Below the pieces are notes generated by a model, which had not been told where the DNA came from, searched no databases, and saw only the letters and a program-made list of their open reading frames with translations. From an uncultured beta proteobacterium (GTDB lineage Bacteria; Pseudomonadota; Gammaproteobacteria; Burkholderiales; Casimicrobiaceae), in the NCBI GenBank assembly GCA_963734575.1, contig CAVTHT010000007.1:288549-352548 (forward strand): DNA of 64,000 bases. Reading direction: 5' to 3'. Of the stretch, positions 1-11,849 are shown piece by piece. A program made the position numbers and the translations under genes. Position 1 is the stretch's first letter, and each line of letters opens with the position of its first letter.

Positions 1-1161
1 ATCATCGCCGCGGCCGAGGTGACGGACGCGCAGGCGATCCATCCCGGGTATGGCTTCCTTTCCGAGAACGCCGACTTCGCGGAGAAGGTGGAGCGCTCCG
101 GCTTCGTGTTCATCGGTCCGAAGCCGGAAACGATCCGGCTCATGGGCGACAAGGTGAGCGCCAAGGTAGCCATGCTGAAGGCGGGCGTGCCGTGCGTGCC
201 CGGCTCCGAAGGCGCGCTGCCCGAAGATCCGAAGGAGATCGTGCGCATCGCGCGCACCGTCGGCTATCCGGTCATCATCAAGGCGGCGGGCGGCGGGGGC
301 GGGCGCGGCATGCGCGTCGTGCACACCGAGGCGGCGCTGCTCTCGGCGGTGACACTGACCCGCGCCGAAGCAGGCGCCGCGTTCGGCAATCCCACGCTGT
401 ACATGGAGAAGTTCCTCGCCAATCCGCGGCACATCGAGATCCAGGTGCTCGCGGACTCGCAGAAGGACGCCGTGTACCTCTTCGAGCGCGACTGCTCCAT
501 GCAGCGGCGCCACCAGAAGATCATCGAGGAGGCGCCGGCGCCGGGCATCCCGGCGCGCGCCCTGGCGCGCATCGGCGAGCGCTGCGCCGAGGCCTGCCGC
601 AAGATCGCCTACCGTGGCGCGGGCACGTTCGAGTTCCTGTACGAGGACGACGAGTTCTTCTTCATCGAGATGAACACGCGCGTGCAGGTGGAGCACCCGG
701 TGACCGAGCTCATCACCGGCATCGACATCGTGCAGGAGCAGATCCGCATCGCGTGCGGGCAGAAGCTGCGCTTCCGCCAGCGCGACATCGTGCGCCGCGG
801 CCACGCGATCGAATGCCGGATCAATGCCGAGGACCCCTACACGTTCGTGCCCTCGCCGGGCCGCATCACCTCGTGGCATGCGCCGGGCGGGCCGGGCATC
901 CGCGTCGATTCGCACGCGTACCACAACTATTTCGTGCCGCCGTACTACGACTCCATGATCGGCAAGGTGATCGCGTACGGCGATACCCGCGAGCAGGCCA
1001 TCGCGCGCATGCGGGTCGCGCTCTCCGAGATGGTGGTCGAGGGCATCAAGACGAACATCCCGCTGCACCAGGAGCTCCTGATGGACGAGAAATTCCTGCG
1101 CGGCGGAACGTCGATCCACTATCTCGAGGAGAAGCTCGCGAAGCGCAAGGCGGCGGCGTGA
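1..1161 (+). CDS. accC: acetyl-CoA carboxylase biotin carboxylase subunit, 3' portion (5' end lies outside the window)
   Basis: ORF 19..1161 translation carries the biotin carboxylase ATP-grasp motifs ([34 protein letters not shown]). The frame runs to the window edge. Confidence 0.9.
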   Translation: MIAAAEVTDAQAIHPGYGFLSENADFAEKVERSGFVFIGPKPETIRLMGDKVSAKVAMLKAGVPCVPGSEGALPEDPKEIVRIARTVGYPVIIKAAGGGGGRGMRVVHTEAALLSAVTLTRAEAGAAFGNPTLYMEKFLANPRHIEIQVLADSQKDAVYLFERDCSMQRRHQKIIEEAPAPGIPARALARIGERCAEACRKIAYRGAGTFEFLYEDDEFFFIEMNTRVQVEHPVTELITGIDIVQEQIRIACGQKLRFRQRDIVRRGHAIECRINAEDPYTFVPSPGRITSWHAPGGPGIRVDSHAYHNYFVPPYYDSMIGKVIAYGDTREQAIARMRVALSEMVVEGIKTNIPLHQELLMDEKFLRGGTSIHYLEEKLAKRKAAA

Positions 1162-1339
1162 GGCGGGGAGCAGGGGCCCCACGCAGTGGGGATGCGACCG
1201 GGCCGAATCGACGCGCGAGGTCGATCCCGACGCGCTCGACACGGCGACACGCGAGCGGAGGGCGAGGCGGCGTGAGGCGGGGAGCAGGGGCCCCACGCAG
1301 TGGGGATGCGACCGGGCCGAATCGACGCGCGAGGTCGAC
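1148..1339. repeat. two copies of a ~75 bp direct repeat (period ~117 bp) that begin at the accC stop codon; each copy carries a small hairpin (cccac-gca-gtggg)
   Basis: ggcggcgtgaggcggggagcaggggccccacgcagtggggatgcgaccgggccgaatcgacgcgcgaggtcga occurs at ~1150 and again at ~1267. The alternate-frame ORF 192..1355 shows the duplicated peptide [24 protein letters not shown]. Confidence 0.8.
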
Positions 1340-1394
1340 GCTGGCGCACGGCTGAGCGACGCACGATGTCCGAGGCGGCCTGACAGGCACCGCG

Positions 1395-2288
1395 ATGGGC
1401 TATCGGGCGGTGCGCTTCGACACCGACGCGGCGGCGGCCGAGAGGTGGGCGGACGCGTTGCTCGATGCCGGCGCGCTGTCGGTGGATCTCGCGGACCGCG
1501 ACGCGGAAACCGTCGCCGAGTCGCCGCTCTACGGCGAGCCTGGCAGCGACGTTGCAGTGGCATGGCCTGCCACGCGCCTCACGGCGCTCTTCGGCGACCA
1601 GGACGCCCTCGACCGCGCGCTCGCGGACGTCGTGGCCACGATGGGACCCGTGCCGCCGTACGTGGTCCTCGACGTACCCGAGCAGGACTGGGTGCGCGCC
1701 ACGCAGGCGCAGTTCGGGCCGATACGCATCGACGAGCAGTTGTGGATCATCCCGTCGTGGTCGGACGTCGGTCGATCCGGACGCGGTCAATCTCGTGCTC
1801 GACCCCGGTCTCGCTTTCGGTACGGGGTCGCATCCGACGACACGGCTTTGCCTCGCCTGGCTGTCGGCCGACCCTGCCGGGAGGCGCGACCGCTGCTCGA
1901 CTACGGCTGCGGGTCCGGCATCCTCGCGATCGCCGCCGCGCGGCTGGGCGCATCCGATGTCGTCGGCACCGACATCGATCCGCAGGCCATCGTCGCGAGC
2001 CGCGACAACGCGGCGCGCAACGGCGTCGCGGCCCGGTTCTTCGCGGCCGACGCTGTCCCGTCCGAGCGGCTGTTCGACGTCGTGGTGGCCAACATCCTGG
2101 CCAATCCGCTGATTGTGCTCGCACCCGCGCTGGCGCACCGTGTGGTGCCCGGTGGCCGGCTGCTGCTGTCGGGCATCCTCGTCGCGCAGGCTGCAGAGGT
2201 ACAGGAAGCGTACCGCCCCTGGTTTAGAATCGCGCCGTGGAAGGAGGAGGACGGCTGGGTCGCGCTCGAGGGAACGCGCCTGCGCTGA
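1395..2288 (+). CDS. prmA: ribosomal protein L11 methyltransferase; two compensating frame switches near 1760-1880
   Basis: The N-terminal and C-terminal PrmA motifs ([28 protein letters not shown]) lie in frame 0. The central conserved segment [31 protein letters not shown] lies in the frame of ORF 1465..2112. Confidence 0.85.
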   Translation: MGYRAVRFDTDAAAAERWADALLDAGALSVDLADRDAETVAESPLYGEPGSDVAVAWPATRLTALFGDQDALDRALADVVATMGPVPPYVVLDVPEQDWVRATQAQFGPIRIDEQLWIIPSWSDVGRSGRGQSRARPRSRFRYGVASDDTALPRLAVGRPCREARPLLDYGCGSGILAIAAARLGASDVVGTDIDPQAIVASRDNAARNGVAARFFAADAVPSERLFDVVVANILANPLIVLAPALAHRVVPGGRLLLSGILVAQAAEVQEAYRPWFRIAPWKEEDGWVALEGTRLR

Positions 2289-2321
2289 TCACCACGCCAA
2301 CGACGCTCCACCCGCCCCGGA

Positions 2322-3137
2322 ATGCCCGAAGAAAAATACACGCGCTGCCCGGCCTGCAAGACGATCTTCCGGGTGACCGCGCAGCAGCTCGCGGTGCGTG
2401 CCGGCCAGGTGCGCTGCGGCCAATGCCAGACGGTGTTCGATGGCAATGCACAGCTTCTCCCCGTGGCTGCGCCATCCGCAAACGCCGACGACGGTTACGA
2501 CGAAGCGACCATGGGCCCGGCCACGATGACGTTGCGCATGCCGCAGCCCGCTGCCGCGCCTGCGCCTGTCGCGGCCCCCGCGATGGCCGGTACGCTGGGC
2601 GGGCGACAGGCGACGTACCACGAGCGCTTCACCTGGCCCGACGACGAGCGCAAGCGCCGCAGCGCGACGCTGCTCTACGGGATCGGCGTTCCGCTGCTGG
2701 TGCTGCTCCTGGCCGGGCAGGCGCTCTATCACTTCCGCGACACCGTGGCGGCGCGCTGGCCCGCGATGCGCCCGGCCCTCCTCGGCATGTGCCGCGTCTC
2801 CGGTTGCGCCGTCGAGCCGGTGCGCGACGTGGACAACCTTTCCATCGAAGCCTCCGACCTGCAGGCCGATCCCGCGCACCGCGGGCTGCTGGTCCTAACG
2901 GCCACGCTGCGCAATCGCGCGGCGTGGGCGCTCGCCTACCCCCACGTCGAGCTGACCCTCACCGATGCGCGCGACCAGGTCGTCGCCCGCCGCGCCCTCC
3001 TTCCTGCGGAGTACGCGGGCGGTACCGCCGATCTCGCGGGCGGGATTCCCGCGAACGGCGAAGTGCCGCTCAAGCTTTTCATCGACGCCAGTGCCACGAG
3101 CCAGGCGGGCTACCGGCTATACCTGTTCTATCCGTGA
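2322..3137 (+). CDS. MJ0042-type zinc-ribbon / DUF3426-like membrane protein
   Basis: N-terminal CPACKTIFRV...RCGQCQTVF double CxxC zinc ribbon, a Pro/Ala-rich linker, then a predicted TM helix (LLYGIGVPLLVLLLAG). This is the usual neighbour downstream of prmA in betaproteobacteria. Confidence 0.7.
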   Translation: MPEEKYTRCPACKTIFRVTAQQLAVRAGQVRCGQCQTVFDGNAQLLPVAAPSANADDGYDEATMGPATMTLRMPQPAAAPAPVAAPAMAGTLGGRQATYHERFTWPDDERKRRSATLLYGIGVPLLVLLLAGQALYHFRDTVAARWPAMRPALLGMCRVSGCAVEPVRDVDNLSIEASDLQADPAHRGLLVLTATLRNRAAWALAYPHVELTLTDARDQVVARRALLPAEYAGGTADLAGGIPANGEVPLKLFIDASATSQAGYRLYLFYP

Positions 3138-3277
3138 TGCATCATTATGGTGCATTATCGAAGCAACGAAAGTCATTGAAATTCATGTTGTTACGTGAAC
3201 GCAGTGGGATATTCGGCGGCCTCGACGCAGGCCCGACAGGCGCTCGGTCCCGGCAGGCGTACCCGGAGGAAGGTACA

Positions 3278-3327
3278 GTTGCACCAATGTAGCCAATCCG
3301 CCTGAAGCGTTCGCACCAAGTCGGTGC
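3278..3327 (+). promoter_or_regulatory. two putative NtrC (sigma54 enhancer) binding sites upstream of glnA
   Basis: ttGCACCAatgtaGccaAt at 3278-3296, and the near-palindrome cGCACCaagtcGGTGCg at 3311-3327. Both match TGCACC-N5-GGTGCA. Confidence 0.55.
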
Positions 3328-3399
3328 GCACGCTCACCTCGGCGTGCCGACGAATCGCTAACCCATTGGGCGCCCGGGCCTCCGAACGGCCGACTTGCG

Positions 3400-3417
3400 G
3401 CGGCATGCTTCTCGCTA
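3400..3417 (+). promoter_or_regulatory. putative sigma54 (-24/-12) promoter of glnA
   Basis: cGGCATGCTTCTCGCTa has GG-N10-GC spacing like TGGCACG-N4-TTGCA. It sits ~55 bp upstream of the glnA ATG and downstream of the NtrC sites. Confidence 0.5.
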
Positions 3418-3470
3418 TTACCGGGCACCCCCCATATTCAGCCCAACAAGGCTTCCACCAGGAGACAGCA

Positions 3471-4884
3471 ATGACGACCCCCGCCGACGTGCTCAAGATG
3501 CTCAAGGAGAAGGAGGTGAAGTTCGTCGACCTCCGCTTCACGGATACCCGTGGCAAGGAGCAGCACGTCTCGGTGCCGACCAAGCAGTTCACGATGGACA
3601 AGTTCGAGAACGGCCACGCCTTCGACGGCTCGTCGATTGCCGGCTGGAAGGGCATCCAGGCTTCCGACATGCTGCTCATGCCGGACGCCGGCACGGCCTA
3701 CATCGATCCGTTCATGGACGAGACCACGCTCAACGTCATGTGCGACGTCGTCGAGCCGTCCGACGGCAAGGGCTATGAGCGCGATCCGCGCTCGCTCGCC
3801 AAGCGCGCCGAGGCGTACCTCAAGTCGACCGGACTGGGCGACACCGCGTACTTCGGTCCCGAACCCGAGTTCTTCATCTTCGACGCCGTCGAGTGGTCGG
3901 TGGACATGTCGGGAAGCTACTGCAAGGTGTTCTCGAGCGAGGCCGCATGGTCGAGCGCCGAGAAGTTCGAAGGCGGCAACATGGGCCACCGGCCGTCGGT
4001 GAAGGGCGGCTACTTCCCCGTGCCCCCGGTCGATCACCTCCAGGACGTGCGCTCCGCGATCTGTCTCGCGCTCGAGCAGATGGGCGTCGAGGTCGAAGTG
4101 CATCACCACGAGGTGGCGAACGCCGGCCAGTGCGAGATCGGCACCAAGTTCGAGACGCTCGTGAAGCGGGCGGACTGGCTGCAGATGCTGAAATACGCGG
4201 TGCACAACACCGCCCATGCGTATGGCAAGACCGCCACGTTCATGCCGAAGCCCATCGTCGGCGACAACGGGTCGGGCATGCACGTGCACCAGTCGATCTG
4301 GAAGGACGGCAAGAACCTCTTCGCGGGCGACGGCTACTCGGGCCTCTCCGAAGCTCGCGCTGTACTACATCGGCGGCGTCATCAAGCACGCGAAGGCGCT
4401 CAATGCGATCACCAATCCGGGCACCAACTCGTACAAGCGTCTCGTGCCCGGCTTCGAGGCCCCGATCAACCTCGCGTATTCGGCACGCAACCGGTCCGCG
4501 GCGATCCGCATTCCTTACGTCACGAACCCGAAGGGCCGGCGCATCGAGGTGCGCTTCCCGGATCCGACGGCGAATCCGTACCTCGCGTTCTCCGCCTTGC
4601 TGATGGCCGGCCTCGACGGCATCCAGAACAAGATCCACCCGGGCGACCCGATGGACAAGAACCTGTACGACCTCGAGCCGGAAGAGGCCGCGCAGGTGCC
4701 GCATCCGTGCGCGTCGCTGGACGAGGCGCTCGATCACCTGGCGCGCGATCGCGAGTTCCTCACGCGCGGCGGCGTGTTCACCAATGACATGCTGGACGGC
4801 TACATGCAGCTCAAGATGGAGGAGGTCACGCGCTTCCGCATGACCACGCATCCGGTCGAGTACGAGATGTATTACAGCCTGTAA
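3471..4884 (+). CDS. glnA: glutamine synthetase type I; frame switch near 4340-4360
   Basis: RBS caggagacagcaATG. N-terminal [33 protein letters not shown]. The C-terminal half continues in the frame of ORF 4216..4884 ([17 protein letters not shown]...[23 protein letters not shown]). Confidence 0.9.
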
Positions 4885-4912
4885 ACCGCGCGCCCGGCGG
4901 GCGCGTTGCTCG
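4885..4912 (+). terminator. weak GC hairpin after glnA, not followed by a T-run
   Basis: ccgcgcgcccggcgggcgcg can form a stem-loop directly after the glnA TAA. Confidence 0.25.
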
Positions 4913-5010
4913 GGGTAAATTAGGGGTGGGTCCTGGCGGGCCCGCCCCTTTTCATGGCCGGCAATCGGCTGCGCTCGGCGGCTCCGCCGGATTTTCTCTA
5001 CACTGCCCCG

Positions 5011-5595
5011 ATGCGCACCCCACCCATCGCTCCTGCTTCCGTGATCCGGTCATCGCGGTGCCGTCTCCTCGTGATGACGCTCGCGCTTACTCTTGGCGGC
5101 GCCGCAGCTGCGGGCGCCGCTACCCTCGGCGACCGTGTCAAGGAGATGCACTGCACGTCGCGCCCGAAGCCGGTGGAAGGCACGATGCTCTACAAGTGCG
5201 ACACCGCTTCGGGCACGTCGTACTTCAGCGTCGAGGGCACGTCGTCGAGTGCAGCACCATCCCCGCGCACGAGCGGCCCGCCTGCGACCGGCAATGGTGC
5301 AGGGACGGTGCCTGCGGTGCGGCCCGGCACCAGTGCGTTCCCGCGCGTCGATGCGGAAACCCAGAAGGGGCGCGACGACGTGCGCCGGCGCGTATTGCAG
5401 GACGAGCTCGCCGCCGAGGAGAAACTGCTCGTGGAAGCACGCACGGCATTCGCCGACGGTGCGCCCGCGCCACTGCCCGAGGAGCGCAGCAGCGCGGACA
5501 AGTATCGCGAGCGCCTCGCGCGCCTGCGCCAGGCCGTCACTCTGCACGAACGCAATGTCGAGGCGCTCAAGAAGGAGATCGGCGGATTGCGTTGA
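5011..5595 (+). CDS. secreted DUF4124-like protein
   Basis: Signal-peptide-like N-terminus (LLVMTLALTLGGAAAAGAA). DUF4124-like core (TMLYKCDTASGTSYFSVEG). It sits in the conserved position between glnA and ntrB. An alternative start lies at 4954. Confidence 0.55.
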   Translation: MRTPPIAPASVIRSSRCRLLVMTLALTLGGAAAAGAATLGDRVKEMHCTSRPKPVEGTMLYKCDTASGTSYFSVEGTSSSAAPSPRTSGPPATGNGAGTVPAVRPGTSAFPRVDAETQKGRDDVRRRVLQDELAAEEKLLVEARTAFADGAPAPLPEERSSADKYRERLARLRQAVTLHERNVEALKKEIGGLR

Positions 5596-5733
5596 CTTCC
5601 GTGCGGACGCGCCGGGCGGCGCGTCGCGCGCGGGCGGGCGGTGGTAGCGGCGCATGGTCGCGCAGCGATTGCGTTCGGGGAACCGGGCGCAGATATTGCT
5701 AAACATCGATCACCGGCCGTTCCCCCGCCCCTC

Positions 5734-6831
5734 GTGAATCTCGGCTACCTCCCCGCGCACGCCCCCGACGACACGAACGACTCGTATCGCGGCCTGGACC
5801 TGCTCGCCACCGCGGTCCTCCTCCTCGGCGACGACGAACGCATCGTCTATGCGAACCCTGCGGCGGAGAACCTCTTCGAGATCTCGCGCAAGCAGCTCGT
5901 CGACCGCTCGCCGTCGGACCTCTTCGGCGACGCGACCGGCCTGCTCGCGGCAATCGCCAAGGCCGAGGCGAGCGGCGCGTCGTACACCGAGCAGGAGATC
6001 GAGATCGCGGCCGCGCGCCAGAAGCTGCATCTCACCTGCACGGTGTCGCCGGTGGACCTCGACGAGGCACGCCTCGTGCTCGAGTTCCGGCACATCGACC
6101 AGCAACTCAAGATCGCCCGCGAGGAGCGGCTGCTCGAGCAGCAGCAGGCCAATCGCGAGCTGATCCGCAGCCTCGCGCACGAGATCAAGAATCCGCTCGG
6201 CGGCATCCGCGGTGCGGCGCAGCTTCTCGAGCGCGAGCTCGACCGGCCGCCGCTCATCGAGTACACGCAGGTGATCATCGGCGAGGCCGACCGGCTGCAG
6301 TCGCTCGTCAATCGCCTGCTCACGCCGCATCGCCTGCCGCGCTTCCAGCCGACCAACATCCACGAGCTGCTCGTGCGCGTGAAGGGCGTCGTGCAGGCGG
6401 AGTTTCCGCACGTGAGCATCGATCCCGACTTCGACATCAGCCTGCCCGATTTCGAAGCCGATTCCGAGCAGCTCATGCAGGCGATCCTCAACGTCGTGCG
6501 CAACGCCGCGCAGGCCGTGACGGGCGCGACGGCCGACCCGCGCATCCGCCTCACCACGCGGGTCGCGCGCTACGTGACGCTCGCCAAGAAGCGGCATCGC
6601 CTCGCGCTGTCGCTCGCGGTTGCCGACAACGGCCCCGGCATTCCGGATGCGATCCGCGACCGCATCTTCTATCCGCTGGTCTCGGGGCGCGAGGGCGGCA
6701 GCGGGCTGGGCCTGACCATCGCGCAGACCTTCATCGCCCAGCACAATGGGACCATCGAATGCCAGAGCATCCCCGGCAATACCGTCTTCACCATCGTGCT
6801 GCCGCTCGAGCCGGCGCGGGCCGCGGGCTGA
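5734..6831 (+). CDS. ntrB: nitrogen regulation sensor histidine kinase NtrB; start uncertain (GTG 5734 or ORF start 5641)
   Basis: PAS region IVYANPAAENLF. H-box LAHEIKNPLGGIRGAAQLL. ATPase motifs DNGPGIP and GLGLTIAQ. Confidence 0.85.
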   Translation: MNLGYLPAHAPDDTNDSYRGLDLLATAVLLLGDDERIVYANPAAENLFEISRKQLVDRSPSDLFGDATGLLAAIAKAEASGASYTEQEIEIAAARQKLHLTCTVSPVDLDEARLVLEFRHIDQQLKIAREERLLEQQQANRELIRSLAHEIKNPLGGIRGAAQLLERELDRPPLIEYTQVIIGEADRLQSLVNRLLTPHRLPRFQPTNIHELLVRVKGVVQAEFPHVSIDPDFDISLPDFEADSEQLMQAILNVVRNAAQAVTGATADPRIRLTTRVARYVTLAKKRHRLALSLAVADNGPGIPDAIRDRIFYPLVSGREGGSGLGLTIAQTFIAQHNGTIECQSIPGNTVFTIVLPLEPARAAG

Positions 6832-6847
6832 AGCGCAGGAGAGCGCC

Positions 6848-8311
<1,464 letters not shown>

Positions 8312-8386
8312 CGCCGCCGCGCCGAAGCACACGCGGACTCACGCCGGCGGCCTGCGCGGCGCTGCTCGCGCCTACGGCACCTTCGC

Positions 8387-8989
8387 TCAGTTCTTGGGGT
8401 AGCCGCCGCCCACGTTGGGTGGGACGGGCTCGGCTTCCGCTTTCGGCGGCGGCTCGACCGCCTTCGGCGCGACCGGCCGCTGTTTCGCGGGCATCGACTT
8501 GGGATAGCCGGCCTCGTCGAGGAGCGCATGCCACCGGGGCTCGTTGTAGCCCTTCGCGACGAGCTTGTCCCCCACCTGCAGCACCGGCGCGGTCATCTCG
8601 CCGGTCAGCGCCTTGAGACGCTCGGCGCCCTTCGGTTCCTCCACGTTCACCTGCGTGAACGGAATGCCGCGGCGATTGAGCAATGCCTCCGCCATCTGGC
8701 AGATCTCGCCGCAGGCGAAGGTGAAGAGCGTCACGGGGAAATTCTCGGCGGCATTGCGCGCGGCCAGCGGGATGGCGTCGTTCTCGATGAAGTTCGCGCC
8801 CAGCCGCTTGGGCTGCACGTTCTTCGCTGCGCCCGGCGGCGGCCGGTCGGAATACACCACGCGCCCGTCGGGATCCGTGTAGCGATACACCTGCTGGCCC
8901 TGCGCGAACGCACCGGCGCAGACGAGCGCGGCAACGGCGGCGCAGACCAGCGCGGGGGTGCGGGGCCGTGGCGGAGCGTGACGAGTCAT
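8387..8989 (-). CDS. DUF4124 domain protein with a glutaredoxin-like C-terminal region
   Basis: Signal peptide, then QVYRYTDPDGRVVYSDRPPPGA (DUF4124 signature), then a FACGEIC motif in a thioredoxin-fold-like segment. Confidence 0.55.
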   Translation of the reverse strand: MTRHAPPRPRTPALVCAAVAALVCAGAFAQGQQVYRYTDPDGRVVYSDRPPPGAAKNVQPKRLGANFIENDAIPLAARNAAENFPVTLFTFACGEICQMAEALLNRRGIPFTQVNVEEPKGAERLKALTGEMTAPVLQVGDKLVAKGYNEPRWHALLDEAGYPKSMPAKQRPVAPKAVEPPPKAEAEPVPPNVGGGYPKN

Positions 8990-9000
8990 TGCTCCTCCTT

Positions 9001-11073
9001 CTAGGGCGGGGTGATCATCCCATTATGGCGGAGCAGTGCCTCGATCTGCGGTGGCCGACCGCGGAACGCTACGAATGACTCGATAGCCGGTCGGCTGCCC
9101 CCTTGCGCGAGCACTTCGTCGCGGAAGCGCGCACCGGCCTCCGCCGAGAGCACGCCCGCTTCCTCGAACAGGCTGTAGGCGTCAGCGGAGAGCACCTCGG
9201 CCCATTTGTAGCTGTAGTACCCGGCGGCGTAACCGCCGGCGAAGATGTGCCCGAACGCGTGCATGAAACGGTCGTAGTCGGGGCGCGGGATCACGGCCAC
9301 CTCGTCGCGCACGGCGTCGAGCACTGCCTGCGGCGAGACCTAGGCGCTGCCGCCGTGCGGGTCGTAGGCCGAGTGGAGCAGCATGTCGAACAGCGCGAAC
9401 TCGAGCTGGCGCACCGTCGCGAGACCGCTCTGGAAGTTCTTCGCGGCGAGCATGCGGTCGAAGAGCGCGTGCGGCAGCGGCTCGCCGGTGTCGACGTGCG
9501 CGGTCATGTGCCGCACCACGTCCCATTCCCAGCAGAAGTTCTCCATGAACTGGCTGGGAAGCTCGACCGCATCCCACTCGACGCCCTGGATGCCCGACAC
9601 GCCGGCGACCTCGACGCGCGTCAGCAGCTGGTGCAGGCCGTGGCCGAATTCGTGGAAGATGGTGATCACGTCGTCGTGGGTGAAGGTCGCGGGCTTGCCT
9701 CCGACCGGCGGCCGAGCAGGTTGCAGGTGAGGTACGCGACCGGGATGCTGGAGCGTGGCCGCCGATGCGGCGGCGGTTGATCGCGTCGTCCATCCACGCG
9801 CCGCCCTGCTTGCCCGTCGCGCGCGTAGTTGTCGAGGTAGAACTGGCCGATCGATCGCGCCGTCGCGATCGACGATGTCGAAGAAGCGCACGTCGGATGC
9901 CAGGTCGGGGCCTTGCGATTCGCGGATGTGGATCGCCGTAGATCGTCTCGACGACGCGGAACAGCCCGGCGAGCACCTTGGGCTCGGGGAAGTACTGCCG
10001 CACTTCCTGCTCGGAGAACGCGTAGCGCTTCGCCTTGAGCTTTTCGGATGCGTACGCGACGTCCCACGGCTCGAGTTGCGTCGAGCCCGAGGTCGGTGCG
10101 CGCGAACGCCACGAGCTCGGCGTAGTCGCGCTCGGCGAACGGCTTCGCGCGGGCCGCGAGGTCGCGCAGGAACGCGAGCACCTCGTCGGAGCTCGCCGCC
10201 ATCTTGGGCACCAGCGACACCTCGGCGAAATTGCGGTAGCCGAGCAGCACGCTCTCCTCGTGGCGCAGCTTGAGGATCTCGCCGATGATCGCGGTGTTGT
10301 CCCAGTCGGGCTTCGCGCCGAGGTCGGACGCGCGCGTCACGAAGCGCGCGATGCATCGTCGTCGCGCAGCGTGCGGTCGTCCGCGTACTGCATGACCGGC
10401 AGGTAGCACGGCATGCGCAGGGTGAGCTTCCAGCCCTCCTTGCCGTCGCTTGCCGCCGCGGCACGCGCTTCGTCGACGACGTCCTGCGGCACGCCGGCGA
10501 GGTCCTTCGCGTCGTCCACGTACAGCGTCCAGTCGTTGGTGGCGTCGAGCACGTTGTCGTCGAACTGCGCGGACAGCGACGCGAGCTCCTCCTGCAGCGC
10601 CTTGAAGCGCGCCTTCTTCTCGTCCGGCAGCTCGGCGCCGCCGAGCCGGAAATCGCGCAGCTCGTTGTCGAGCAGCTTGCGCCGCGCCGCATCGAGCCGC
10701 GGCGAACGCCGTCGACTCGCGCAGCGCGCGATAGCGCGCGTACAGCCGCACGTCCTGCGCGAGCTCGGTGTGGAACGCCGTGATGCGCGGCAGGTTGCCG
10801 TTGTAGGCGTCGCGCAACTCGGGCGTGCTGACGACGGCGTTGAGGTGGCGCACCGCGCCCCACGCGCGCTCGAGGTGGTCGAGCGCGTCGGCGAGCGGCT
10901 CGACGACGTTGTCCCAGGTCGGCTCGCCCGTGTCCTGCGCGACCCGCTCGACGGAGGCGCGCGCCTGCTCGAGCAGCGTGTCGACCGCGGGCGTGACGTG
11001 CTCGGCGCGGATCGACTCGAAGCGCGGCAGGCCCGAGAAGTCGAGCAGCGGATTGGCGGCGGATGCGTCCATG
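9001..11073 (-). CDS. prlC: oligopeptidase A (M3 family); split over all three reverse frames by several indels
   Basis: N-terminus MDASAANPLLDFSGLPRFESIRAEHVTPAVDTLL (frame of 9666..11447). Zinc site HEFGHGLHQLL (9340..10863). C-terminus HAFGHIFAGGYAAGYYSYKWAEVLSADAYSLFEE (9001..9324). Confidence 0.85.
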
Positions 11074-11129
11074 GTATGTCCTGCAGGAAAGGGTTCAGAG
11101 ACTGGCGGACGCGGCGGGGGCCGCGTCGC

Positions 11130-11838
11130 GCCGGCGCAGCTCGGCGTCGAGCTGCGCGAGGTCGTCGGGGGTGCCGACGTTGGCCCAGCGGCCGTGGTGG
11201 ATTTCGCCGCTGACGATGCCGGCGCCGATCCAGGCCCGGAAGAGCGGGCAGCAGTTTGAGCTTCACGCCGCGGGGAAGTTCGGCGAACAGCGCGGTGTCG
11301 TAGAGCCCGATGTTGCCGAAGGTGAGGTGCGGCCCGCCATCGAGCGCGATCCGCTCCCCCGTCGAGCACGAAATCCCCGTCCGGGTGGTAGGGCGGATTG
11401 GGCACCATCACGAGGTGCGCGCGCGGCGCGCGGGCATCGACGGCCATCGCGCGCGACGCGAGCCGTGGAGCGATGCGTAGTCGAAGTCGGTGCAGATGTC
11501 GCCGCTACACGATCAGCAGGATGCCGTCCGTCAGCAGCGGGAAGGCCGTCGCGATGCCGCCCGCGGTTTCGAGCGGCTCGGCCTCGATCGACCACTGCAG
11601 GCGCACGCCGTAGCGGCGACCGTCGCCGAGCGCGTCGACGAGCCGCTGCGCGAGGTGCGAGGCGTTGATCACGATGTCGATGATGCCCGGCGCGCGCAGC
11701 GCCTCGATCTGCCGCACGATGAGCGGCTTGCCGCCGACGGCGAGCAGCGGCTTCGGCACGGCGTCGGACAGCGGACGCATGCGCTCGCCGCGCCCGGCGG
11801 CGAGGATCATGGCGCCGATGCTGCCGTCGATGCATGCG
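11130..11838 (-). CDS. murU: N-acetylmuramate alpha-1-phosphate uridylyltransferase-like nucleotidyltransferase; boundaries approximate
   Basis: MILAAGRGERMRPLSDAVPKPLLAVGGKPLIVRQIEAL nucleotidyl-transferase signature at the 3' end of reverse ORF 11505..13013. The remainder lies in another frame. Confidence 0.65.
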
Positions 11839-11849
11839 GACATGCGATG

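Noticed and set aside
1148-1339. Possible CRISPR array
   Set aside because: Only two repeat copies. The 44-bp spacer is itself GC-rich intergenic sequence, and no further copies or cas genes are found in the window.
192-1355. 387-aa ORF in an alternate frame overlapping accC
   Set aside because: Arg/Ala/Gly-rich low-complexity translation typical of off-frame reading in high-GC DNA. The overlapping frame has an unambiguous biotin carboxylase match.
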